Source: Oligoflexales bacterium
GTDB lineage: Bacteria > Bdellovibrionota_B > Oligoflexia > Oligoflexales > JAPPIL01
Length of the DNA stretch: 64,000 bases
Assembly (NCBI GenBank): GCA_965215515.1
Contig: OZ244057.1
Location: 1,120,001-1,184,000 of the forward strand
Reading direction: 5' to 3'
Position numbers and translations under genes: made by a program. This document shows, piece after piece, positions 51,133 to 59,750 of this stretch; the first letter of the stretch is position 1, and every line of letters starts with the position of its first letter. The notes below the pieces were generated by a model. The model was given only the letters and a program-made list of their open reading frames with translations, was not told where the DNA came from and searched no databases.

Positions 51133-51208
51133 GGAGAGGGGAGTTGTATAGGTATATTATCTCCAGTATGGAGCATAACTAGCTGACATTAATAGATTTA
51201 TACACAGA

Positions 51209-51260
51209 CGTAAAAAGCGGACACCCTATCGGCTTCTAACAATCACGTAGAGGAGTTCAG
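51209..51260 (+). mobile_element. IS3 left-end internal fragment near the right island boundary
   Basis: 52-bp match lacking the terminal 12 bp. Confidence 0.85.
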
Positions 51261-51317
51261 GTACAACTTACCTGTTCAAATAGTTTATTTTTCTGCGTAA
51301 GATATGCTCACCCACTG

Positions 51318-52400
51318 GTGTCGAGTTTCTCGGTAGGGCTGCACCGTGTCAGGAAGGAGCGGGACGCATTGACGGAAGTTTTGCACCGCGCACTGCAGAC
51401 GAAGACTCTTACCCATGTTTACGCGTCCTGCGGATTTTTGCCGCAATCCCAGCCACGCTACCGCTTCACCCACCTGCCCGCGGCGCGTAGCGTTTTCGAC
51501 CTGGCCAGCCTCACGAAGGCGTTGGTAACCCTCCCCCTCTATACACACGCAGCACTGTCGGGAAAACTGTCCTTCGCATCTCCCGTCGCCTCTTTGCTAC
51601 AAGACAGCGAGCACGAGCTGTGCGACGCACTGGCACAGCTACGTATCGCTGACCTACTCGCCCATCGCAGCGGGTTACCCGCGTGGCGCAATTTCTGGAT
51701 CGGAATGCTGGGGAAAACACAGACCCTCACCACAGCAGACACCATCGCGCTGCTCAATCGCAGTGCAACCCACCTGCAGAACAGGCAACCACACTACAGC
51801 GATCTCAATTATATCCTGGCGGGTATCTGCTTGGAAATTTGGCAAAAAAAATCGCTCGCTACCCTATTCAGCGAATTTTACCGCACTCAGCTGCATTATG
51901 CCCCCCGCCTTTGTTTCGGTTTCTGTCCCGTTGCCCGTGAACGCACCGTGCCCAGTGCCTATTGCCAGATCAGAAAACGTCTCTTGCAAGGCGAGGTACA
52001 TGACGAAAATTGCGCTGCGCACGGCGGCGTAAGTGGACATGCAGGCCTCTTCGCGAGCGGCGATGATCTCGTCGCCTATCTGCGCACACTGTTCACCCAC
52101 GCAGTCGGTCGAGAAATTTTGCGCCACAACAAAAACCTGCTCGCTAGCACTACCTCCCCTCAGCTGCTGGGTATGCAGCGCGGGGCGAACGGCGTACTGT
52201 CCGCACAAGGCACGCTGCTCGGACATCTCGGTTTCACAGGTGTTTCTTTTTGGCTCGACCTGCGGCAAGACAGCTATCAGGTGTTGCTGAGCAACCGCAC
52301 GATCAACGCACGCCTCGTCCCCCACTTCCATACCCTCCGCCAACAAGTGTACCGCACACTGCAGGAAAAATTGGCTGACAGTTCAGCCGCCACTAAATAA
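51318..52400 (+). CDS. serine hydrolase, beta-lactamase class C-like family
   Basis: FDLASLTK, LLAHRSGL, YSDLNY, GEVHDEN, GHAGLF, GHLGFTG. Confidence 0.9.
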   Translation: MSSFSVGLHRVRKERDALTEVLHRALQTKTLTHVYASCGFLPQSQPRYRFTHLPAARSVFDLASLTKALVTLPLYTHAALSGKLSFASPVASLLQDSEHELCDALAQLRIADLLAHRSGLPAWRNFWIGMLGKTQTLTTADTIALLNRSATHLQNRQPHYSDLNYILAGICLEIWQKKSLATLFSEFYRTQLHYAPRLCFGFCPVARERTVPSAYCQIRKRLLQGEVHDENCAAHGGVSGHAGLFASGDDLVAYLRTLFTHAVGREILRHNKNLLASTTSPQLLGMQRGANGVLSAQGTLLGHLGFTGVSFWLDLRQDSYQVLLSNRTINARLVPHFHTLRQQVYRTLQEKLADSSAATK

Positions 52401-52490
52401 CTAAATTTATTGATAAAAAAATGAATAACCTAACGAGTAGGCTAAAATTTACCGATGGAAGGGTGCTGGCGGTTAAGCGAGTGTGCGAAC

Positions 52491-53900
52491 ATGAGACAAC
52501 GTGTAGTAACTCTTATCCTCGTCGTTTTAGCAGTAGTGGCTTGTGGTGAGGATACACAACATTCGACTCCATCGTTTATCTCCAACGACCACCACTTCGG
52601 TGAGGGTAATCAGTATGTGCGCATGTTCACCGAGCATGTGCACGACGAAACCTGGCACATAACCTACACGGCGGAAGTGGAACGAGATTTTGAAGCGGCG
52701 CTTACTATCGCTTTGCAGACCTGGTTGCAACCTCTACGTGAGATAGAGCTGAATAGAGATATCGTCGATGATTTCGAATTTTATCGCAGCAACGCTATCG
52801 ATACGCTCGGCACTAACACCATCGCCTGGGACGATGTTCTCTTCAGATCTCGGTTTACTGCAGGCAGCGGTGGCGACAAAGCGGGACTTTACGAATCAAC
52901 ATACTTTCCACCACAAGGGGTTTTTTTCCCACCGATACCCGACCTACCCCGCGACTTACCACTGCTCACCGTGTTCGAGGTCGATGAAACTGCCACCGAT
53001 ATTACCACGGATTCCTACTTCATGTTCGTCCTCATGCACGAGGTGGGACACGGTTTCGGTTTAGCCGACACCTACGCAAGTTTCAACGCTGACGGCACTG
53101 TAAATAGACAGGGCAATCAACCTGTATCGGTGATGGCAGGTGACTACGTAGCATTCGCTTACCCGCCCATCCTCGCCGCGGACGAAAGAGTAGAACTGGC
53201 TAGCGATGACATCAGAGGCTTGCTGTGGACGTACAAACGCGTCACGGGAGATGTCGATGACATAACCGACTGCGGCGAAGACTACGAATACGAGAACTCG
53301 CCGCGCGGCTGCATCCCCAGCACGCCTCCCGAACCTCCGCCCCCTGAACCACCGCCTCCCGAACCTCCGACTCCCGAACCTCCGCCTCCCGAACCACCGC
53401 CTCCCGAGCCTCCGACTCCCGAGCCTCCGACTCCCGAGCCTCCGACTCCCGAGCCTCCGACTCCCGAACCACCGACCACTTGTGCCGCTAACCCTTGTGC
53501 TGACACTTGCTTGGTAGGGTGCATCTATCGCAGCTGCGGTCGCAGTTACGCCAACCCCGACACACGCTACCGCACTTCCTGCTATAGCAAGAATACCCGA
53601 CAGTGGTGTGGCAGTGCGGGGCGAGGACGCAACGATGTTTGCCGCAAAAAACTACCCGCACAAGAACCACCATCCACCAAACCACGCCCACCTGCCAGCG
53701 ACGACAGACATGCCGTCCAGTGCTGTGAGGAGGAGTTCAGTTGCACCGCCTGGCCTGGCAGGGCAGACATCTTTCTATGTCGCGCGGCCCAGGAAGATGA
53801 GATACTGCCCATTCACCCGTCACCCTGCTGCCAACCCTATGCCTACGAGTGCGACAGCTGGCCAGGGCGAGCGAGTGCCGCGCTATGTTTTGGTCTCTGA
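52491..53900 (+). CDS. lipoprotein zinc metalloprotease with Pro-rich linker and Cys-rich tail
   Basis: VVAC lipobox; HEVGHGFGLAD followed by SVM (Met-turn-like). Confidence 0.8.
   Translation: MRQRVVTLILVVLAVVACGEDTQHSTPSFISNDHHFGEGNQYVRMFTEHVHDETWHITYTAEVERDFEAALTIALQTWLQPLREIELNRDIVDDFEFYRSNAIDTLGTNTIAWDDVLFRSRFTAGSGGDKAGLYESTYFPPQGVFFPPIPDLPRDLPLLTVFEVDETATDITTDSYFMFVLMHEVGHGFGLADTYASFNADGTVNRQGNQPVSVMAGDYVAFAYPPILAADERVELASDDIRGLLWTYKRVTGDVDDITDCGEDYEYENSPRGCIPSTPPEPPPPEPPPPEPPTPEPPPPEPPPPEPPTPEPPTPEPPTPEPPTPEPPTTCAANPCADTCLVGCIYRSCGRSYANPDTRYRTSCYSKNTRQWCGSAGRGRNDVCRKKLPAQEPPSTKPRPPASDDRHAVQCCEEEFSCTAWPGRADIFLCRAAQEDEILPIHPSPCCQPYAYECDSWPGRASAALCFGL
53325..53478 (+). repeat. 15-bp coding tandem repeat (PEPPP/PEPPT, about 10 copies)
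   Basis: CCCGAGCCTCCGACT-like units. Confidence 0.9.
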
Positions 53901-53925
53901 AAAATTGCTGCCCACGACCGCCTTG

Positions 53926-56247
53926 TCAGTGCGGCACCGCGATGCCTGTAGCCCCCCATATCCGCAGAGGGACACGTAACTTGTCGCATACGGCACGCAT
54001 GTCCTGTGCTGGCGCGGGGACGGCGATGACCTCCGTAGCGCGTCCTAACAACAAGCGACACCAGGCACAGGTGCGCAGCCACTCCACTGCGGTAGTGTGT
54101 GGCGCGGCGAGCACCCACACGCGCGGAGGTTGCTCCCCCTCTCGCCAAGATAGCAGACGTGTCATAAGCTGCCCTCGCTGTTCCATGTCGTCAAAGTTTT
54201 CCACCTGCAACGTCGCTACGGTGCTGACCTCGGCAGTACAGTTGCGCAAGCTGGTTGCACACAAGTTGTCGCGCCGCAGACGCACGGCCAAGTCCAGCAA
54301 GCTGCTGAGTGCGAGTTCTCTGAGGTGTGCTTGTTCGATAGGCAGATTGCATGGAGCAGGTTGGGTGGTAACACGCAAAGACTCGTAGAGCGAATCGCGT
54401 TCCACCGCCGTCTTCCCAGCCGCCGCGATCATTGCCGTTAGGCGTTGTTCAGGCAAAACTCTGCCTGCACGTCCCCCCGCCATGTGCGAAATTTTTTCGT
54501 CTTCCACCGTGCCGTCAAGATCGTTCGCTCCCCCATGCAAGGCGAGCTGGGCAATTTCCGCCCCTAGCATTACCCAATAAGCCTTGATGTGGCGAAAGTT
54601 GTGCAGCAACAAGCGTGCGATGGCCACAGTTTTCAAGTCATCGCCCCCACACGTGTAGTTGTCGATGCCCATGTCGTTGCCTTGCGGTTGAAAGGCCAGC
54701 GGAATAAAAACGTTGAACCCTCCTGTCTCCTCTTGTAGCGTGCGCAGCCGCAGCATGTGGTCGACCCGCTGGGTGTAGGTTTCGATGTGGCCGTACAGCA
54801 TGGTGGCATTGGAGCGCAGACCTAATCTGTGCGCGGTGCGGTGCACATGCAGCCAGGTCTCAGCATCGACTTTTGTGTCGCAAATTTTGCTACGCACTTC
54901 GGGGTGGAAAATTTCCGCCCCTCCGCCAGGCAACGATCCTAACCCCGCGGCCTGCAAATCACGCAACACCTTCTCGATGCTCTTGCGTCCTCGCCGTGCC
55001 ATCCATTCCACTTCGACCGCGGTGTAGGCTTTGATGTGCAGGGCGGGGGCTGCTTGTTTGACTGCTGCCACCAAGTTAAGCATGTCGTCGTAACGCCAGC
55101 GCGGGTGCAGACCGCCGACGAGGTGCACCTCGGTCGCTCCCTGTGCTGATGCCTGTTGTGCGCGCCGTTTAATTTCGTCTTGCGACAGGGCGAACGCACC
55201 TTCCTCGTTAGGTTTACGAGAGAAAGAGCAGAACTTGCAGCGCAACACACAGATGTTGGTAGGATTGATGTGACGGTTGACGTTGTAGTAAACCTGCTCA
55301 CCGTTGCGCATGCGGTTAATTTCATCGGCTAAACGCATAACTGCGAGCAACTCGGCTTGTTCGAATAAATAAACTGCCTCTTCTCGCGTCAATATCCCTC
55401 CCGCGCGCAGTTTAGCGGTGATCGCGGACGTTTCTAACCTAGGCTGGCCATGCCACAGAAACTCCAGACCTTGCCTCGTTCTGTCATCGAGTTGCAGGGT
55501 CTGAGCGTTGACATAGCGTGCGATATAGACATCGCCCAAGGTGGTGTCGAGGCGCGTCGCAGCTTTCTCCGTCGCGGCGCGCACAGTTTCTTGGCGATGT
55601 GCCAATCCGTACTCGATACTGGTTCGCAACAAGGCCGTGATCCGCTGTCGTGTGCCCCATGGCAGGCGTTGCGCGATGACGTTGACCCCCAAGGGTAGGG
55701 GCAATTCATACCGTTCTTGCCATACCGCACCGAGATCGAGCAGACATGTCAGACCGTGCTGGGCGTAGGTGAGCTGTAGTTCATGAATGACCACCCCCGC
55801 CTCGGCTTCGCCTTCCAACACCGCGGCTACGATATGCAGAGAAGGCCGTGGCAGCGCGTCAAATTCGGGCAAGATGCGCCGCAAGGCCAGGTAGGCTGTG
55901 GTCTGCAGGCCTGGCACGGCGACACGTTTGCCGCGCAGCTGTCGCCAATCGGATTTATTCTTTTTGGCGATGACGATCGGCCCCGTAGTTTCAGCCACGC
56001 TTGTGCCGACATCGAGCAATTGGTAATGATGCGAGACACGGGGGTAAGACGCAGCGCTGATTGCACTGACATCGAATGTGCCTTGCACGGCCCTGTCGTT
56101 AAGTTCCTGAATGTCGCCGCGGTAGAAAGTAAACACGAAGTTTTCCCACGCGATTTTTTGGTTTTCCAGTGCCCACAGCATGAAAGCATCATCGCTGTCT
56201 GCGCTGTAGGCAATGCTGAGATGTTTGGGGTCAGAGGATGATCTCAT
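53926..56247 (-). CDS. mqnD-mqnE: fused 1,4-dihydroxy-6-naphthoate synthase (MqnD) - aminofutalosine synthase (MqnE) with extra C-terminal domain
   Basis: YSADSDDAFM, VAVPG..TTA, VIHE, LPLPLG; NPTNICVLRCKFCSF, LPGGGAEIF, NATMLYGHIE, HIKAYWVM; ATG at 56247. Confidence 0.88.
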   Translation of the reverse strand: MRSSSDPKHLSIAYSADSDDAFMLWALENQKIAWENFVFTFYRGDIQELNDRAVQGTFDVSAISAASYPRVSHHYQLLDVGTSVAETTGPIVIAKKNKSDWRQLRGKRVAVPGLQTTAYLALRRILPEFDALPRPSLHIVAAVLEGEAEAGVVIHELQLTYAQHGLTCLLDLGAVWQERYELPLPLGVNVIAQRLPWGTRQRITALLRTSIEYGLAHRQETVRAATEKAATRLDTTLGDVYIARYVNAQTLQLDDRTRQGLEFLWHGQPRLETSAITAKLRAGGILTREEAVYLFEQAELLAVMRLADEINRMRNGEQVYYNVNRHINPTNICVLRCKFCSFSRKPNEEGAFALSQDEIKRRAQQASAQGATEVHLVGGLHPRWRYDDMLNLVAAVKQAAPALHIKAYTAVEVEWMARRGRKSIEKVLRDLQAAGLGSLPGGGAEIFHPEVRSKICDTKVDAETWLHVHRTAHRLGLRSNATMLYGHIETYTQRVDHMLRLRTLQEETGGFNVFIPLAFQPQGNDMGIDNYTCGGDDLKTVAIARLLLHNFRHIKAYWVMLGAEIAQLALHGGANDLDGTVEDEKISHMAGGRAGRVLPEQRLTAMIAAAGKTAVERDSLYESLRVTTQPAPCNLPIEQAHLRELALSSLLDLAVRLRRDNLCATSLRNCTAEVSTVATLQVENFDDMEQRGQLMTRLLSWREGEQPPRVWVLAAPHTTAVEWLRTCAWCRLLLGRATEVIAVPAPAQDMRAVCDKLRVPLRIWGATGIAVPH

Positions 56248-57196
56248 GTACACGCTCCGTGCCGTAGAGGTTTTTGATTTTGTGCAGCTGTGTCTGTGCT
56301 TGTAGGGGGTGTAACAACGACAACACACACCCTCCACCCCCCGCTCCTGTCGATTTGGCCGCGGGGACACCCAGGGCTTTGACGGTTTCGATAATCTCAA
56401 TCAAGTGTGCAGTGGTAATGCCCGCGGCACGCAGCATCACGTCTACCTTGTTCATCGCGAGTGCTACGGGTTCGAGTTTACCCCGTGTCAAGGCGCTAGC
56501 GACGGTGCGGGCATGTTGCGAAAATTTTCTCAAACTGCCTCGCTCCCGCTGAAACCACGGCAAGGCACGGTTAATCATCGCGAGGGTTGAAGCACGCACC
56601 CCGCTGTCGATCAGCACAAACCGCCACGGGTGACGACCGCCTGCGAGGGGGGTGATGTTTATCCTGTAGGGGGCGTGATTTTTCTGAAAGAGAAGCGGTG
56701 CTGCACATGCGGCGACGGCGGTGTCCAGCCCTGAAGGGCTACCGTGAAAACGCAGTTCGAGGTAGTTAGCCAGCCGTGCGACTTGCAGGTCGGTTAGTTT
56801 GCGTCCTGCCCAGCCGCCCAGCAAACGAATCAGAGCCACACTCAAAGCTGCCGATGACCCGAGACCCGCGCCGATCAGCGAGTTGGAGCGAAACTTGATG
56901 GCTAGGGGGAACGGGTTAATTTGTAAAACTTTAAACGCATCGCACACGACATCCTTCAGGTGTTGTAGACGTTGGCGGCTGAGCGGTAGCGAGCCGAGCT
57001 GGAGACGGCAATCTGGTCGGTGACTGGGGGTCATGGTCAACTCGGTGACCAGCGATTTAACGGGGATCGCGACTGCTTGTGCTCCGTAGACGACGGCATG
57101 TTCGCCGACGATGATCGCTTTGCCACAAGCTGCGTGCCTTGTCCGTGTTGCCGCGGTGGAGGGGCTGACGTTAGCGGCGGTGTTGGGGTCGTTCAT
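56231..57196 (-). CDS. mvk: mevalonate kinase
   Basis: GKAIIVGEHAVVYG, GAGLGSSAA, HGSPSGLD, AKSTGAGGGG. Confidence 0.92.
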   Translation of the reverse strand: MNDPNTAANVSPSTAATRTRHAACGKAIIVGEHAVVYGAQAVAIPVKSLVTELTMTPSHRPDCRLQLGSLPLSRQRLQHLKDVVCDAFKVLQINPFPLAIKFRSNSLIGAGLGSSAALSVALIRLLGGWAGRKLTDLQVARLANYLELRFHGSPSGLDTAVAACAAPLLFQKNHAPYRINITPLAGGRHPWRFVLIDSGVRASTLAMINRALPWFQRERGSLRKFSQHARTVASALTRGKLEPVALAMNKVDVMLRAAGITTAHLIEIIETVKALGVPAAKSTGAGGGGCVLSLLHPLQAQTQLHKIKNLYGTERVHEIIL

Positions 57197-58230
57197 TGTG
57201 GCGCTCCGTTCAAAAGCGGCCCGCGACCGATACGGTCGGTGATCATTCCGTAGTGCGGGTATGCGCTACGGATGGCTGTGACAACGCGCTCCGCCGTGTC
57301 GGCCGCGCACAACACGTGCACGCTCGCACCCGCATCGACAGTGAAGTATGCCACAAAATCTCCGCGTTGCCGAGCTTGTCGTAGCCAAGTCATGAAGGCG
57401 AGGGTCTCTTTGTCGGCGTAGAACAGTGGCGGGGTACTGGTGCTCATTATGTGCTGAAACTCCATCGCCTCTTGCTCAACCAAACTGCCGAGTTGTGCTA
57501 CGTCATGGCAGGCCAAGGCTGCCAGCAGGGCGCGCTGGCGCTCCTGCAACCCCGCGACGCGCAGGGCGAACAGCGGGCTACTGTGTGCTCGCACGTGCCC
57601 CGCACTCGAACTCACTGCCTTCGTTGCCTGTGCGGGGGTTACGATAATATCACATAAACGCAGATAATTCTCGTCTTCAAGTTGGTAAACACGTTGTCGG
57701 GTGGGTGCTGTGCTGCGCTGCCAGTGCACCAGTCCTCCCCAGAAACTGCGGCACGCACTGCCCGATCCTTGCCGTGCTAGGGCTGCAATCCGTGGGCGTG
57801 TCCAACCTGCCGTGGCCAAACCCGTCCAGCTGTGTCGCCCTGTCCAGCAAGCGAGTGCTGCCAAGGTCAGAGCTGCCATGCCGCTAGCACTGCTGGCGAT
57901 ACCGCAGGCGAGCGGGAAGGTGTTGTGGGTTGTGACGCGCAATTTCTGTGTGAAACCACCTGTGGTGCGCAAAAAATCGAGTTGCCTGAAAATTTTTGCG
58001 CCGTGCGGGGCGGTGCTGGGTAAACGTTCCCCTTGCAGATAGACGACATCATCGTCGCCGTCACTCGCTTGCGCTGTCGTAACAGTACGGCAGTGTGTCA
58101 AGGTCATTGAGATGGAGTCGTTGCTCGGCCATTGCTGCACAGGGTCGTCCTTGCCCCAATACTTGAGCAAAGCTATGTTGGCGGGTGCCTCCGCGGTGAT
58201 AGGATTAGCTGTGAGTCCGTGTGTTGCCAT
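57193..58230 (-). CDS. mvaD: diphosphomevalonate decarboxylase
   Basis: ANIALLKYWGK, GIASSASG, ARQGSGSACRS, TVDAG. Confidence 0.93.
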   Translation of the reverse strand: MATHGLTANPITAEAPANIALLKYWGKDDPVQQWPSNDSISMTLTHCRTVTTAQASDGDDDVVYLQGERLPSTAPHGAKIFRQLDFLRTTGGFTQKLRVTTHNTFPLACGIASSASGMAALTLAALACWTGRHSWTGLATAGWTRPRIAALARQGSGSACRSFWGGLVHWQRSTAPTRQRVYQLEDENYLRLCDIIVTPAQATKAVSSSAGHVRAHSSPLFALRVAGLQERQRALLAALACHDVAQLGSLVEQEAMEFQHIMSTSTPPLFYADKETLAFMTWLRQARQRGDFVAYFTVDAGASVHVLCAADTAERVVTAIRSAYPHYGMITDRIGRGPLLNGAPQ

Positions 58231-58296
58231 GCCCCTATGCTACCATCAGGGGGAGGACGTGCCCAACTAAATAAATATCCCTTTGTTTTTTGTCGC

Positions 58297-58390
58297 TTGC
58301 CGCTTCCTAGCTCCGCCAGGCTTGTTTGCCGCTTCCTAGCTCCTTGCCGCTTCCTAGCTCCTTGCCGCTTCCTAGCTCCGCCAGGCTTGC
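58297..58390. repeat. intergenic 18-bp repeat, 4 copies
   Basis: TTGCCGCTTCCTAGCTCC at 58297, 58326, 58344, 58362; copies 1 and 4 are followed by GCCAGGCTTG. Confidence 0.95.
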
Positions 58391-58463
58391 TTGTAATATC
58401 CTGAATTTACAATGAAAAACATCAAAGAAGAGATCTCCATGTTGCGTAAGATAAACGTCTGGC

Positions 58464-58492
58464 TTGACTTTTCTATAAAATAATGTTACAAG
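58464..58492 (+). promoter_or_regulatory. putative sigma70 promoter of carD
   Basis: TTGACT-N17-TACAAG with TGn extension. Confidence 0.35.
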
Positions 58493-58597
58493 AGACCCAC
58501 AAGGCAGAGAGGGGTGTGATATTCTTTCGGGTTTTATGTGACATGGGCGGTTCTTATGTTCCTGGCTTTGGGGTAGCGCTAGTTTTGGAGGCGGGCG

Positions 58598-59083
58598 TTG
58601 ATGGAGTTTAAGGTCGGTGATAAGGCGGTGTTCCCCGCCCACGGGGTGGGGGTGGTGAAGAGTGTGGAGTCGCGTGAGATCGGTGGCTCGAAGCAGGACT
58701 TTTACGTGTTGCACATCGTTTCTTCGGGAGCGCGCTTGATGGTGCCCGTCACAGGTTGTTCGCGTGCGGGGATGCGCGGTCTGGTATCAGACGAGGGCAT
58801 CAAGGGCATCTACGATATCTTGAAGACAAGAAGAAAAATCAATCAAACCACGTGGAATCGGCGTTTTCGGGAGTACAACGACAAGCTACGCACGGGGGCG
58901 GTTAACGATGTGGCCGAAGTTTATCGTGATCTGCACTACCTGAAGTCCGACAAGGATTTATCGTGGGGCGAGAAACGCATGCTTGAACGTGCACGGGAGT
59001 TGGTGGTCAGCGAGATAAGCGCGGCCAGCAACCGTGCAACGGTCGAAGTCGAAGAAGAAATAGATCAAGTCTTGCTCGTCTAG
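58598..59083 (+). CDS. carD: CarD/CdnL family transcription regulator
   Basis: FKVGDKAVFPAHGVG, TWNRRFREY, LSWGEKRML. Confidence 0.93.
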   Translation: MMEFKVGDKAVFPAHGVGVVKSVESREIGGSKQDFYVLHIVSSGARLMVPVTGCSRAGMRGLVSDEGIKGIYDILKTRRKINQTTWNRRFREYNDKLRTGAVNDVAEVYRDLHYLKSDKDLSWGEKRMLERARELVVSEISAASNRATVEVEEEIDQVLLV

Positions 59084-59120
59084 CAAGCTTGTTAGCTGTA
59101 ATTTTTCCCTCTGACAAGCC

Positions 59121-59750
59121 TTGAACATTACCAACGTCATGGCCGCCAGCATCGACGGCCACATCGCCGCTGCCCCCGCCGAGAAAGACCCTGAGCGCGT
59201 CGCCAGCGGTTTCGTTACCCCCGCCGACCAGCAGCACGTGCGCGAGGAGCTGTCACGCAGTGATGCCGTAGTGCTCGGTGCTGATACCGTGCGGGCATCA
59301 CCCCGCTTGCTTTCCTGCCGCAACGAGCGCGGGCGTTACCCGATCTGGGTGGTGCTGACGACGCGCGGTATCGTGCGAACTTCACCTTTCTGGAAACTAC
59401 ACCACATCGAACGCTGGTTAATCGCCCCGTCCCAGACGGTAGTGCATGACACGACCAACACCCGCACCTTCGTCTGTCCGCGGCAGGATGCGGCCTCCTT
59501 CGTCGTGACACAACTGCGCCAACACGATTGTCACAGAGTAATATTGTTCGGCGGCGGTGCAATCAACCATCTCTTCTACCGCCAACAACTCGTCGATGAG
59601 CTGAGCCTGACCATCGCACCGACTATCGTCGCCCGTGACGACGCACCACGTCTCGTCAAACCCTCACTACCCGCCGCGGTACGTCTGCAACTGCTCGCCG
59701 TGCGCCGTGTCGATGATCATCTGTTTCTGCGCTATCGCGTGCTGTGCTGA
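59121..59750 (+). CDS. RibD C-terminal (DHFR-like) reductase domain protein
   Basis: AASIDGHI, DAVVLGADT, FGGG, LVDELSLTIAP. Confidence 0.85.
   Translation: MNITNVMAASIDGHIAAAPAEKDPERVASGFVTPADQQHVREELSRSDAVVLGADTVRASPRLLSCRNERGRYPIWVVLTTRGIVRTSPFWKLHHIERWLIAPSQTVVHDTTNTRTFVCPRQDAASFVVTQLRQHDCHRVILFGGGAINHLFYRQQLVDELSLTIAPTIVARDDAPRLVKPSLPAAVRLQLLAVRRVDDHLFLRYRVLC

Noticed and set aside
33285..51285. Prophage, retron or diversity-generating retroelement
   Set aside because: No phage structural, terminase or reverse transcriptase motifs and no template/variable repeat pair were seen.
56248..56400. N-terminal extension of the 824-aa Mqn ORF
   Set aside because: Lies inside mvk in another frame; MqnD homology starts at ATG 56247.
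58297..58390. Possible CRISPR array
   Set aside because: Units are 18 bp, mostly abutting, with no unique spacers and no cas genes in the window.
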